A stretch of 63,391 nt of DNA, filler included, from Octopus bimaculoides (GCF_001194135.2; 6 parts of 6 records of this genome joined end to end with filler, not necessarily neighbours in it), one strand, 5' to 3'; positions 23,631 to 35,089 are shown, numbered from the whole stretch's first letter. Numbers and translations are program-made. The notes: generated from the letters alone by a model not told the origin.

Positions 23631-24089
23631 GCTATTGCCTTTGCACAGCTTCTAATGCTGGAGATGTACTACAGTGTCAGTTGTTCACTACCAGTGAACT
23701 AAGGTAACACCTCTTATTTTTCGAGCACCTTCCGGGGTATTCCAAGCAGTGCTGTTTTCTGCAAGTGCTCTACCCTTACTGCAGCCCCTATTTGTTCCAT
23801 GTACTTCTCAAGATTGTTACTCACTGTTCCCAGGGCTCCGACGATTATTGGTACAACTACCACCTTTTACAGCGACCACAACTACTTAACCTGCCAAGCT
23901 AACCTGTCTTATCGACACTTCTTTCTTCCTTATCGCATAATTGTTCTCAGCTGGGTATGCTACGTCTATGAACCAGCATAGCCTGCTTTCTTTCTCAATT
24001 AAGACCATGTCTGGCTTCCTATTCTCAATCTCATGGTCGCACTGAATCATAAAATCCCACAAGACCTTTACATTTCCATTTTCGATGAT
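23631..24089 (-). mobile_element. 3' end of an RLE-type non-LTR retrotransposon (R4/Dong-like)
   Basis: ENGNVKVLWDFMIQCDHEIENRKPDMVLIEKE...IDVAYP (PD..D motif), then frameshifted VVPIIVGALGTVSNNLEKY...LQKTALLG. The 3' UTR ends in (TAA)n at 23585-23630. Confidence 0.9.
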
Positions 24090-24215
24090 GCTTTCCAACA
24101 ACATGGTTCTGGGTTCAGTCCTACTGCGTGGGAACCTTGGGCAAATGTTTTCTACTATAGCCTCGGTCCGACCGAAGCATTGTGAGTGGATTTTGCAGAC
24201 GGAAACTGAAAGAAG
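24090..24215 (+). mobile_element. SINE family A, followed by (TG)n and a gap
   Basis: ACATGGTTCTGGGTTCAGTCC...ACCTTGGGCAAATG...GGAAACTGAAAGAAG. Confidence 0.85.
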
Positions 24216-24317
24216 TATGTAGTATATATGTAGTATATATGTATATGTGTGTGTGTTTGTGTGTGTGTGCGTGTGTGTGTGTGTATGTGTGTTTGTGTGT
24301 GTGTGTGTTTGTTTGTT

Positions 24318-24364
<47 letters not shown>

Positions 24365-25770
24365 NNNNNNNNNNNNNNNNNNNNNNNNNNNNNNNNNNNN
24401 NNNNNNNNNNNNNNNNNNNNNNNNNNNNNNNNNNNNNNNNNNNNNNNNNNNNNNNNNNNNNNNNNNNNNNNNNNNNNNNNNNNNNNNNNNNNNNNNNNNN
24501 NNNNNNNNNNNNNNNNNNNNNNNNNNNNNNNNNNNNNNNNNNNNNNNNNNNNNNNNNNNNNNNNNNNNNNNNNNNNNNNNNNNNNNNNNNNNNNNNNNNN
24601 NNNNNNNNNNNNNNNNNNNNNNNNNNNNNNNNNNNNNNNNNNNNNNNNNNNNNNNNNNNNNNNNNNNNNNNNNNNNNNNNNNNNNNNNNNNNNNNNNNNN
24701 NNNNNNNNNNNNNNNNNNNNNNNNNNNNNNNNNNNNNNNNNNNNNNNNNNNNNNNNNNNNNNNNNNNNNNNNNNNNNNNNNNNNNNNNNNNNNNNNNNNN
24801 NNNNNNNNNNNNNNNNNNNNNNNNNNNNNNNNNNNNNNNNNNNNNNNNNNNNNNNNNNNNNNNNNNNNNNNNNNNNNNNNNNNNNNNNNNNNNNNNNNNN
24901 NNNNNNNNNNNNNNNNNNNNNNNNNNNNNNNNNNNNNNNNNNNNNNNNNNNNNNNNNNNNNNNNNNNNNNNNNNNNNNNNNNNNNNNNNNNNNNNNNNNN
25001 NNNNNNNNNNNNNNNNNNNNNNNNNNNNNNNNNNNNNNNNNNNNNNNNNNNNNNNNNNNNNNNNNNNNNNNNNNNNNNNNNNNNNNNNNNNNNNNNNNNN
25101 NNNNNNNNNNNNNNNNNNNNNNNNNNNNNNNNNNNNNNNNNNNNNNNNCATTTATCAAGAAATATGAGAGAAAATGTCCTTTGCGAAGCTTTCATCTTTC
25201 CTCAAGAGAATTTCTATGTTGCCCTAAATATGTAATGTATATCTAACCACTGAACTACAATCGCCATCTGTATCCTTCTTTATCTAAAACAGTGCACATA
25301 CGGTCCATTAAATTTAAGTACTTCTATAAACCACTTTGTTAATACAGCGTTGTTTTTGTTTTATTCTAAGCGTCAAACCCCTTTGCTTCCCCCCCCCCCA
25401 CCTGCATCCTTTTACGCCCTGTTCATTTTCAACTTAAAAGCAATATTGGGATCAGAATTCTTTATGCGAAAACACCGTAGACCTGATGACTCTCACTGTT
25501 GGAACTTAAAATCCAGTTACTGGGGCGTTAAACAGATGAAACGTACTACATTTCCCCCCAAGGAACGAACGCTCGTCAGTTAAAACAAAGGTTAATCTAC
25601 ACACTCATCCCCTTTCACATGGTAACCATAGGTCGATAATGAACGTTATTTTTGAGACATTAAGCGGATACAAGGAACATTTTCCCTTGGACATTTACTC
25701 TCTCTGTTCCTGACTGAGAGGAGAAGTAAAACCAGTTTTTGTACGGTGCAACCGATCAAGCAGATTTGAT

Positions 25771-26062
25771 TATTCTTTTATTCGTTTATTCTTTTACATG
25801 TTTCAGTCATTTGAATACGGCCATACTGGAGCACCACCTTAAGGGTTTTTTTTAGTCGGACAAATTGACCCCAGGACTTATTCATTGTAAGCTTAGTACT
25901 TATTCTATTGGTCTCTTTTGCTGAAACGCTAAGTTACAGGGACGTAAACGCACCGATATCGGGCATCAAGTGATGGTGGTGGTAGTGGTGACGGTGGACA
26001 AACACAGACACACAAATATATACATACATATATGTGTGTGTATGTATGTATGTATGTATGTA

Positions 26063-26096
<34 letters not shown>

Positions 26097-26232
26097 NNNN
26101 NNNNNNNNNNNNNNNNATATATATATATATATACACACACGACGAGCTTCTTTCAGTGTCTGCCTACCAAATCCACTTATAAGGCTTCGGTCAGCCCAAG
26201 GCTATAGCAGAAGATACTTGCCCAAGGTGTCG
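25771..26232 (-). mobile_element. Bipartite SINE: 3' part of A (26140-26232), internal microsatellite, module E (25771-26005)
   Basis: The order A - simple repeats - E is the same as at 58930-59410. Confidence 0.85.
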
Positions 26233-26239
26233 GTGCTAA

Positions 26240-26389
26240 GAAGGTACTACTCGTTTTTGCCAGCTGAGTGGACTGGAGCAACATGTAATAAAGTGTCTTG
26301 CTCAAGGACACAACACGACGCCGGGAATTGAACTCACGACCTTACGATCGTGAGGCGAACGTCCTAGCCAGTAAGCCACGCACCTTCAC
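26240..26389 (-). mobile_element. SINE family C, replacing or abutting the head of the A-E element
   Basis: The minus strand reads GTGAAGGTGCGTGGCTTACTGG...GAGTTCAATTCCCGG...GTGTCCTTGAGCAAGACACTTTATT. Confidence 0.88.
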
Positions 26390-26774
26390 ACATATTTAAT
26401 ATTATGGAAGTGTTAAGAATATTTCATAGCTTTTGGAATCCAGCAAATAGAAAAGACATACAAAAGAAAAGTTACACAAAAAACATATGCATGCATAAAA
26501 GAAGTCCACCTCTGCTTCCCCAACACCACGCACATTCTCCCCCCCTCTCTCTCTCTTTCTCTCTTTCTTTCTTTCTTTCTACCCTTTCCTCTGAATCCAT
26601 TACGTATTGAGAAAGGGCTTAGGAAACGACTTACAGTAGTACTTACTCCAGAAATAGACAGTACTGAGCAAGGGTCTTCCAACTTTTCCTAGCTGAAAGA
26701 CTCCTATCTTCCTGATAGGCTCCAAAGTGTCCCCAGTGTGCAAAACATCATAGGATGACCTAATAGGACCTCCC

Positions 26775-26865
26775 CGAGCGTCAAACTATTACGCTTGCTT
26801 GTTGTTTATACACCTGCCTTCGTCTTTTGTTTTTCTGTAAATTTCAACTATATATATATATATAT
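26775..26865 (+). mobile_element. Downstream fragment of the hammerhead-associated repeat, without the ribozyme core
   Basis: CCGAGCGTCAAACTA...TTGTTGTTTATACACCTGCCTTCGTC, similar to 5175-5230 and 6135-6190. Confidence 0.55.
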
Positions 26866-26967
26866 TTGAAGGGATACACTGAGTGTAATTCACGGAGCTC
26901 TACACGTGTTCACCTACGGGTGGATGGCTTGTGTCTAGCTCGGTGTGTTACATTCTAAAAAGAGACA

Positions 26968-27038
26968 GATTTACGCTGATGATCCCGCAGATATTTACTT
27001 ATGTAAATGTTAACAGGTGAAACCATGGTACGTAAATT
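26968..27038 (+). ncRNA. Type I hammerhead ribozyme-like fold
   Basis: Stem I GATTTACG/CGTAAATT (7 Watson-Crick pairs plus 1 GU); core CTGATGA (26976-26982); stem II CC..ATATTTAC-TTAT-GTAAATGT..GG; GAAA (27019-27022); palindromic stem III ACCATGGT; GUA cleavage triplet (27028-27030). Confidence 0.75.
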
Positions 27039-27618
27039 AATCGTTTTTAGTATTTTTTCATTTGTCTTACTCATTTACAGTCTGTTGTGTCGCTGATTTT
27101 TTCTNNNNNNNNNNNNNNNNNNNNNNNNNNNNNNNNNNNNNNNNNNNNTTAATTAATTAANNNNNNNNNNNNNNNNNNNNNNNNNNNNNNNNNNNNNNNN
27201 NNNNTTATCATATTTTATTACATTACTTCACATTACTTTACACCATAATATATCAAGCTATATTAAAATTCAATGTATGTTATAGTGCAGAGTCTATTAT
27301 ATAGCAGAGTGTATATATTTGAAAAGCCTACATATATATATATATATGCTTTGCCCGTCAATGAAATACAATGTACATTCTATCCAACAGGCCTCTGCAT
27401 ACTCTCCCTGCCATTTCCCTCTCACTTCGCTTGAATCAATCACAAGCTATAGTTGTTGTTGTTGTTGTTATTTTCATTGGGTTTGCTTTTGTTTAACCCC
27501 AGGTTGTTTCTAAACTGTCTGACCTACAACTAAAGTTGTTCTACTTTCGTCCATCCTGTTTGTTTTCAACTTCCTGTGTCATACTACGAAATTTGTCTTT
27601 CGTCTTTTGAATCAGTCA

Positions 27619-27836
27619 TATGAGAGGGTGCTGAAAAGTTCCTAGCTTTAGGGAATTGCTAAAGGCCTGGTTGGATACTTGATCTTCCGAGTTCTTTTCC
27701 AGGCCTTAGAAAAACTGAAGGACTGCTGCAATAAGTGCATGAATTTGAGAGGGGAATATGTTGAATAAAGTCAAAATCAACTGATCCTCCTGTATTTTCT
27801 TTTCCCCAAACCAAGAACTTTTCAAGAACCACTTGT
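27619..27836 (+). mobile_element. Mariner-derived MITE, copy 1
   Basis: TIR GAG.GGGTGCTGAAAAGTTCCT / AGAACTTTTCA. The internal segment encodes a mariner-like C-terminus (LEKLKD.CNKC.NLRGEYVE*). Confidence 0.85.
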
Positions 27837-27864
27837 GTGTATATATATTTACATATATACACAC

Positions 27865-28065
27865 ATGAGGGGGTGCTGAAAAGGGTATCATGAAAGGCCT
27901 GGTTAGAAGGCCAACCTTCTGAGTTCTTTTACAGGGTTTAGAAAAACTGAAGGCTCATAGCCATAAGTGTGTGAATCTGAGAGGGGAATATGTTGAATAA
28001 AATCATAATTAACTGATCCTCCAGTATTTTTTTTTCCAAGCGAGGAATTTTTCAGGACCCCTTAT
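27865..28065 (+). mobile_element. Mariner-derived MITE, copy 2
   Basis: Same internal sequence as copy 1, about 30 bp downstream; the left TIR is partly deleted. Confidence 0.85.
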
Positions 28066-29483
28066 AAACACTCTCACACACACACACACACACACACACA
28101 GATATATCGTTGCTATTATGCAGAAGTGCCATAAGTCCAAAACGTTGCTTTTTCAGAAAATGAAAAAATAGTTTCACCTTTCCATTTCTTTTTACATTAG
28201 CAATAGTTTCAGCTTAACAATAACACTTTGTTGGGTGCACAAAATCATAACTCCATGTGTGTATGTTTTCAGTCGGAAATATTTTGGTAAAACTGTCCTA
28301 TGTGGGACTTACTACACTTTTGAAAAATACTAAACTGTTGTACTACACTTTGATAATTTTCATATCTTGGCATCTGAAGTAGCTGGAGATACAATAGTTT
28401 GACCCAAAGAACTGGCTATTGCAAGCAAGATTAAATATTAAAAAAAAATGCATTTGGACAAATTTTGGACATACGAAAGTTTAACATAATAGCAACAATA
28501 TNNNNNNNNNNNNNNNNNNNNNNNNNNNNNNNNNNNNNNNNNNNNNNNNNNNNNNNNNNNNNNNNNNNNNNNNNNNNNNNNNNNNNNNNNNNNNNNNNNN
28601 NNNNNNNNNNNNNNNNNNNNNNNNNNNNNNNNNNNNNNNNNNNNNNNNNNNNNNNNNNNNNNNNNNNNNNNNNNNNNNNNNNNNNNNNNNNNNNNNNNNN
28701 NNNNNNNNNNNNNNNNNNNNNNNNNNNNNNNNNNNNNNNNNNNNNNNNNNNNNNNNNNNNNNNNNNNNNNNNNNNNNNNNNNNNNNNNNNNNNNNNNNNN
28801 NNNNNNNNNNNNNNNNNNNNNNNNNNNNNNNNNNNNNNNNNNNNNNNNNNNNNNNNNNNNNNNNNNNNNNNNNNNNNNNNNNNNNNNNNNNNNNNNNNNN
28901 NNNNNNNNNNNNNNNNNNNNNNNNNNNNNNNNNNNNNNNNNNNNNNNNNNNNNNNNNNNNNNNNNNNNNNNNNNNNNNNNNNNNNNNNNNNNNNNNNNNN
29001 NNNNNNNNNNNNNNNNNNNNNNNNNNNNNNNNNNNNNNNNNNNNNNNNNNNNNNNNNNNNNNNNNNNNNNNNNNNNNNNNNNNNNNNNNNNNNNNNNNNN
29101 NNNNNNNNNNNNNNNNNNNNNNNNNNNNNNNNNNNNNNNNNNNNNNNNNNNNNNNNNNNNNNNNNNNNNNNNNNNNNNNNNNNNNNNNNNNNNNNNNNNN
29201 NNNNNNNNNNNNNNNNNNNNNNNNNNNNNNNNNNNNNNNNNNNNNNNNNNNNNNNNNNNNNNNNNNNNNNNNNNNNNNNNNNNNNNNNNNNNNNNNNNNN
29301 NNNNNNNNNNNNNNNNNNNNNNNNNNNNNNNNNNNNNNNNNNNNNNNNNNNNNNNNNNNNNNNNNNNNNNNNNNNNNNNNNNNNNNNNNNNNNNNNNNNN
29401 NNNNNNNNNNNNNNNNNNNNNNNNNNNNNNNNNNNNNNNNNNNNNNNNNNNNNNNNNNNNNNNNNNNNNNNNNNNNNNNNNNN

Positions 29484-29730
29484 NCACATAAAAGACACCC
29501 TTTCGAGTGTGGCCGTTGCCAGTATCGCCTGACTGGCCTTCGTGCGGGTGACACGTAAAAGCACCTACTACACTCTCAGAGTGGTTGGCGTTAGGAAGGG
29601 CATCCAGCTGTAGAAACTCTGCCAAATTTAGATTGGAGCCTGGTGTTGCCATCCGGTTTCACCAGTCCTCAGTCAAATCGTCCAACCCATGCTAACATAG
29701 AAAGCGGACGTTAAACGATGATGATGATGA
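29484..29730 (+). mobile_element. RTE-type 3' end (SINE or LINE tail) with (GAT)n tail
   Basis: GGCGTTAGGAAGGGCATCCAGC.GTA.AAAC...CCCATGC...GGACGTTAAACGATGATGATGATGA resembles RTE-clade 3' ends. Confidence 0.7.
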
Positions 29731-29744
29731 TATATATATATATA

Positions 29745-29964
29745 TACGGCAGGGTGCTGAAAAGTTCCTGGCTTTAAGGGTATCATGACAGGCCTGGTTT
29801 GAGGCCTAACCGTCTGAGTTCTTTTACAGGGCTTAGGAAAACTGAAGGACCACTGCAATAAGTGTGCAAATCTGAGAGGGAGACTGTATTGAATAAAATC
29901 ATAATTAACTGATCTTTTTTAATTTTCTTTTACCCAAAGCCAGGAACTTTTCCAGCACCTCTTT
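29745..29964 (+). mobile_element. Mariner-derived MITE, copy 3, in a (TA)n run
   Basis: TIRs GGTGCTGAAAAGTTCCTGGCTTT / AAAGCCAGGAACTTTTCCAGCACC; left flank (TA)n. Confidence 0.88.
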
Positions 29965-30699
29965 GAATATGCTTTGATGGACATCTAGCTGTTATTTCTA
30001 TGAGGTTGAGTGATTAAATAGAGGATCTCTGATAAAAGACACATACCCAAGGGTGTGTGTCACATACTGGGAGTTGAAACCTTAAACCCAATAGTTGAAA
30101 ATCTAACTGCTTACGGCTTGCAGTCATGCTTGCACTCATAATTAAATAGCTCAATCAACATTGTCAGGTGATCAAATATTTCTGCTCCTTTAGTGAGGCT
30201 CCCATGCTTGAAATAAATGAATATATAAATACATAAATAATGCATTATCTACAGCATGAGGTGCACACTTGATGTGCATGACACACGAGTCAAGCAATTT
30301 AACTACAGAGGCCATTCTCACTCCTCCCACTGGAAGCCGTTCTTGTGAATGGTTTGGGTGTAGTTAATAATGAAGGAGGGTGAAATGAGGAATCAAAAAA
30401 AAGGAAGTAAATTCCTTATGCAAATGACAGAGAATGAAGTGAGTGTATGTGTGAAAGTGGCATGACAACTGGAAATTAAGGGGTTTAATGAAAGAGTAGG
30501 GAACGCTTAGAGGTTCTCATCTTGATGCCGGTACTGGGTGAAGAGAAAAGTGGGGGAAACAGTGAGGTGGGAGGTTTTCGGAAACATGAAAGCATCGGTG
30601 CCAAACCATAAATATCTACTGGTAATAATTGACACAGAACTACGGGAAATAAATAAATAAATAAATAAATAAATGAAATGAATAAATGAAATAAAATAA

Positions 30700-31170
30700 A
30701 ATGAATAAATATGTATAGCAGAAACAACAGTGGTAGTAACAGCAATAGCAATGTCAACAACAATGATAGCAACAACAAATACAACAACAACAGCAACAAT
30801 AAAGCAAAACTCTCCTATCACTACCAATGATTACAGCAATAAGAGCAACATCAGTAAATGCAATAACAACCACTATGTCACCGCCCACACCATTTATTAA
30901 ACAAAAATGGAAATCAACAGCAGTGACAACAACAACAAAATCCATGCAAACACCACCAATAACAACTACAAGAATAACAACAACCAATCACTACCATCCT
31001 CAACAGCAACAACAACAGTAATCACAGTAATCACCACCTCACCATTACCAACAACAACAATAACACCACCACTACAGCCATAGCTACCACTACCACTACA
31101 GCCATAGCTACCACTACCACTACAGCCACCACCACCACCACCACCATCAACAACAGCAACAATAAAGGTG
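30700..31170. repeat. (AAC/ACC/AGC)n low-complexity block
   Basis: Trinucleotide mosaic with a 21-bp direct repeat, ACCACTACAGCCATAGCTACC. Confidence 0.85.
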
Positions 31171-31724
31171 ACAACAATACCGTCGCAGTTTTCCTGCTTT
31201 GGAAGAAAGTCACTTTTAATTTGGAATTGGTAATGTTTTGGTGGAAGTGAAATATGATTGAATAAAATAATCTGTTTCCCTAGTACATTGCTGGTACTTG
31301 TCTGTGTAGCACTATTCTGTTAAAGGGCAAATTAGCATCTGAGCTCTGAGCTGATTTGAACCTGGAACATAGAGTTACAAAGCTCCAAACCACTTTCGAC
31401 TAGTATCTCTTATTCTAGCCTTGGGTTTACCAATACTTTCTGAGTGGCATCATCATGCACATACTTATACACACAAATATACTTACATACATGCATACAT
31501 ATGTACGTATGTACATGCATGTGTACATACACACACACACACATATGTATATATGTATGTATATATATGTATGCATATATATGTATGTATATAAATATAT
31601 ATATATATAAATATATATATATATNNNNNNNNNNNNNNNNNNNNNNNNNNNNNNNNNNNNNNNNNNNNTTAATTAATTAANNNNNNNNNNNNNNNNNNNN
31701 NNNNNNNNNNNNNNNNNNNNNNNN

Positions 31725-31917
31725 CGATAATTTTTTGGTTCGTTTGTTTCCTCATGTTTAAGAAGCAGGAATGTTAAACCATTAACTAGCCAAGAGGGAA
31801 TCAAACTAGGATTTTGCAAAACATCGTTGTAAAGTTTTGTTAGCAGTTCATGGCTCTCTGGGAAGGCATTCAACCAAAAGTTAGGAATTTTATCATTTCC
31901 TGGAGACTTCCATTTGC
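31725..31917 (-). mobile_element. 5'-truncated RLE-type (R4/Dong-like) RT fragment starting directly in (TAA)n
   Basis: KWKSPGNDKIPNFWLNAFPESHELL...P..IPSWL..G.TFLL.K.EETNEPKNYR is the region just before RT domain 1. The 5' junction is the (TTA)n array at 31918-32021. Confidence 0.85.
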
Positions 31918-32000
<83 letters not shown>

Positions 32001-32021
32001 GTTATTATTATTATTATTATT
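31918..32021. repeat. (TTA)n microsatellite
   Basis: Near-pure run. Confidence 0.98.
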
Positions 32022-32150
32022 GAATAAGAGAGGAACGCATGCCATCAAAATGTCACTAGGACACAAATATACAAAGCCCATATACCCATCACAACTACCT
32101 GTCTGACAAGGGGTACAGCAGGCACATGCATCACACCAGGCACATGCATC
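32022..32150 (-). mobile_element. Family B repeat, 3' fragment
   Basis: Homologous to 23087-23200. Confidence 0.7.
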
Positions 32151-33699
32151 TACTGCGATGCAAACATTGTTGTTTGAGTAGATTAGGAACGCTTGTCGGA
32201 AACGGGGAACTATCCACAAGGCAGATTCCTTGGACTTGTATGATGCAATTATTATCGATACTGGAGCAGTAGTCTCCAGTATTCGTTGATCATGGTGTTA
32301 TCGACCACTGCCTTATTATATTTCCTCCTTAGTCGCCACCGATAGTTATGATAGACTTTTGGATGCGCAAGGATACAAATTTCTAAGGCATTGCTTGAGA
32401 TATCTACCGGAATTTCGATGGTTGAATTTTTGGGTTAGTGGCATATTGCTTTTTGACAAAAAGCTGGAGAGGCGAAAGGGGATTGAAGATCAATCATTAC
32501 TATCTCTTCACTTCATCATCTTAGCAAATTTTCAAATTGCTTTCTCTCACCAGAACAATAATGATCGAAGCTCATCTCCATCAGGCTCATATCCTTCGTT
32601 TTTGTTACTTCAAAAGAGCGTAAGTTACTGACTTCATCACACTTCATATGAATTCTTATCACCTCTGCACTGATCAGCCATCTTTATCGGGCCAACCGTA
32701 AAACTTCTGGGTGATCCCACAAACTGCCATGTTTGTGCGTCATTGGCCTGTGTATTGGGTTGAAAAAAATTGCACATTGAAATCTAGCTGTGTCTACGAT
32801 TTTAAAAATCAAGCAAAAATCTCGTAGGCTGCAGCGCTTTGTATGGTGAGTGGTTATTTCTACTTTTCCATCTGCTGTTTTTAAATGAAATGAGACAATT
32901 TTGTGGATTCAACAGTAGTAAGTTTTCTCCTTTCAAATTTTGTATATACTGAATATGCGACGACAGATTGTGTAGATCAGATGTCAGACTAGATTCCAGG
33001 CTGTCATTTTTTAGTCGAGTTTATATTAGAAACATAAATAAAAGTACCATCGCAAAAAAATGTTTTATTCGCCATGCGTTGTGAGCGTGCGAATGTCACT
33101 GTCGTCGATGTTGTTTGACAACAGAATCGACGACATTAAGTATACTTGTGATTTTTTTACAATGGAAATGTCAATGGCTTGTTTTATTTGTTTCAAAGGG
33201 GTGTGTCCTGATGGAGAATATTCTCTTTTATATTTGTGTTCAGTATGAGACAGTGTCGATTTAAAATTTCTTTATTTCCTAGGTGGAATAGCTGGCGGTT
33301 TCAGTGACATTGCTTTCAGAAAGCAGAATAAGTACAGAAAAAATACTTGCCTAAAATGACTTTCATTTTTATTCAAACAATGCACGAATAAACTTTCGGA
33401 AATCTTTGAATAAGTAAAAACAAAATACTTTTCCATGCAGTCGTATGAATACCTGAAGCTAAAGCGAATAAATAGAATCAGGGGAAATGAATATTGCTTA
33501 AAAAATACAGAATTATACGAAGAGAATATGTCAGATCCAAATTTTCAGATAATGGAGATTATGATGATAATAATAGAGGAGGAATGTTTATTGAGATACA
33601 CAACGCCGAGACACATTGTTTACTGCCTATAATGTAAGGTACATATGTCTTGATACTCGTCATATTTCTTTTATCATTCTCAAGACCTTATAATGGTAA

Positions 33700-33916
33700 T
33701 TGTGTTTTCAAAGTTTGGCACACGATCAGCAATGTTGAGAAATAGGGTAAGTCGATTTCATTGACCCCAGTGCTCAACTGGTGCTTATTTTTTCGAGCCG
33801 AAAGGATGAAAGGCAAAGTCGAGCCTAACAAATTCGAGCAGAGTGGCATTTTAATTCAGAACGTAAAGACGAACGAAAATTTTACCTGGCATGCTAAAGG
33901 TTCTGCTAGCTCGGCG
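33700..33916 (-). mobile_element. Diverged SINE family D
   Basis: CGAAAGGATGAAAGGCAAAGTCGA core in reverse complement, plus head and tail remnants. Confidence 0.8.
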
Positions 33917-34518
33917 ATTTACACTATGATAGTAATAATAACAACAATAATTATACTACTACTGCTGGTGTTGCCGCTGCTGCTACTACTACTACTGTAC
34001 TATTATATACCACACAAGTGCAACAGACCTCTGCAGAATATGTGGGGAGCGGGTTGATAGTATTGTTGACACTGGTGTTGCTAGCTGTGGCAGTGTTGAC
34101 GGTTGTGGAACTGGTGGGGTTGGTGTTGCATTCGATGTGTCTATGTCTGTTGCGATAGTGTCTCCTATATTTTCAGGTAAGTGTGCTGGTGTGAGGTCAG
34201 GTGTTTTTGTGTTTTCTTTGCTTATCGGGTTTTTTTAGTTTCTGCTCGTCTTCCCTTAGGAATGTGGAAAAATCAGTGTCTGTGGAATCTGCTTTGGAGT
34301 TAAGAAAATGTGTGTGTATGTGGGCGTCTGTGTGTGCGTGTGTGATTGAGATATGTGGAAAGGGAGAGCTGGCTTGAGTGGCGCCCAGGGTGGGTTTTTT
34401 TGCATTGTTTTTCTTGTTGGCGGTGGTGGTGATGGTATTGGTTGGTGGTGGTGACGTTGATGCTGCTTTCGTTGTTGGCGGTCGTATCGTTAACGCAGCT
34501 ATTGTAATAATAATGATG

Positions 34519-34551
<33 letters not shown>

Positions 34552-34631
34552 TTTTAAAAGGATTGACGTAACTCTTCGCAAAGTTAAACATACAAGAAGA
34601 AGCGCACCATTCGATTGTGATAGATATTTTA

Positions 34632-34677
34632 TTGATTGATCGATATTTCGACAGTAAGCCTGTCTTCGTCGAGTTCA
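34632..34677 (-). ncRNA. Degenerate minimal hammerhead-like motif
   Basis: The minus strand reads (C)TCGACGA-A-GACAG-GCTTA-CTGTC-GAAA-TATCG-ATC, with a perfect 5-bp stem II. The 5' side of the core is altered. Confidence 0.5.
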
Positions 34678-35089
34678 AAATAAGAAGTGATAAAAATTCA
34701 AGATTATAGAAATTTAAGTTTTAAAGTATGAAAGAGTCCAACCAGCATCCACACGTTGATGGAATGACATCATCAGACTTTAAGTTTCAATTTTATAACA
34801 GTCGAAATGAAGAAGACAGGAAAAAGACAGACATAAAGACAGAAAGAAAGAAGAAAGAAAAACGAAAAAGGAAAAGAAAAGAAAAAAGAATTCAAAACTG
34901 TACTCTATTTCATGTCTCCATGTACCTACCTGAATATGTTTCTATTTACCTATTGCAAAGATTTTTCGTGTTCTTTTAAGAAAGATTAAGGAAATATTAT
35001 TAATTTTACACACCAAATTAATGTGCCTTCTAGGTAGTCAGTAAACCAGTGAGAAATATCAACTTCTTCTAATATAAGGCCCTGGTTGA

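Noticed and set aside
29640-29670. Minus-strand CTGAGGA-CTGGT-GAAACCGG as a hammerhead
   Set aside because: There is no stem II and no NUH triplet, and it lies within an RTE-type tail.
30400-30426. ETS-like GGAAGT next to the octamer ATGCAAAT
   Set aside because: Short motifs like these are expected by chance in 63 kb of AT-rich DNA, and there is no supporting context.
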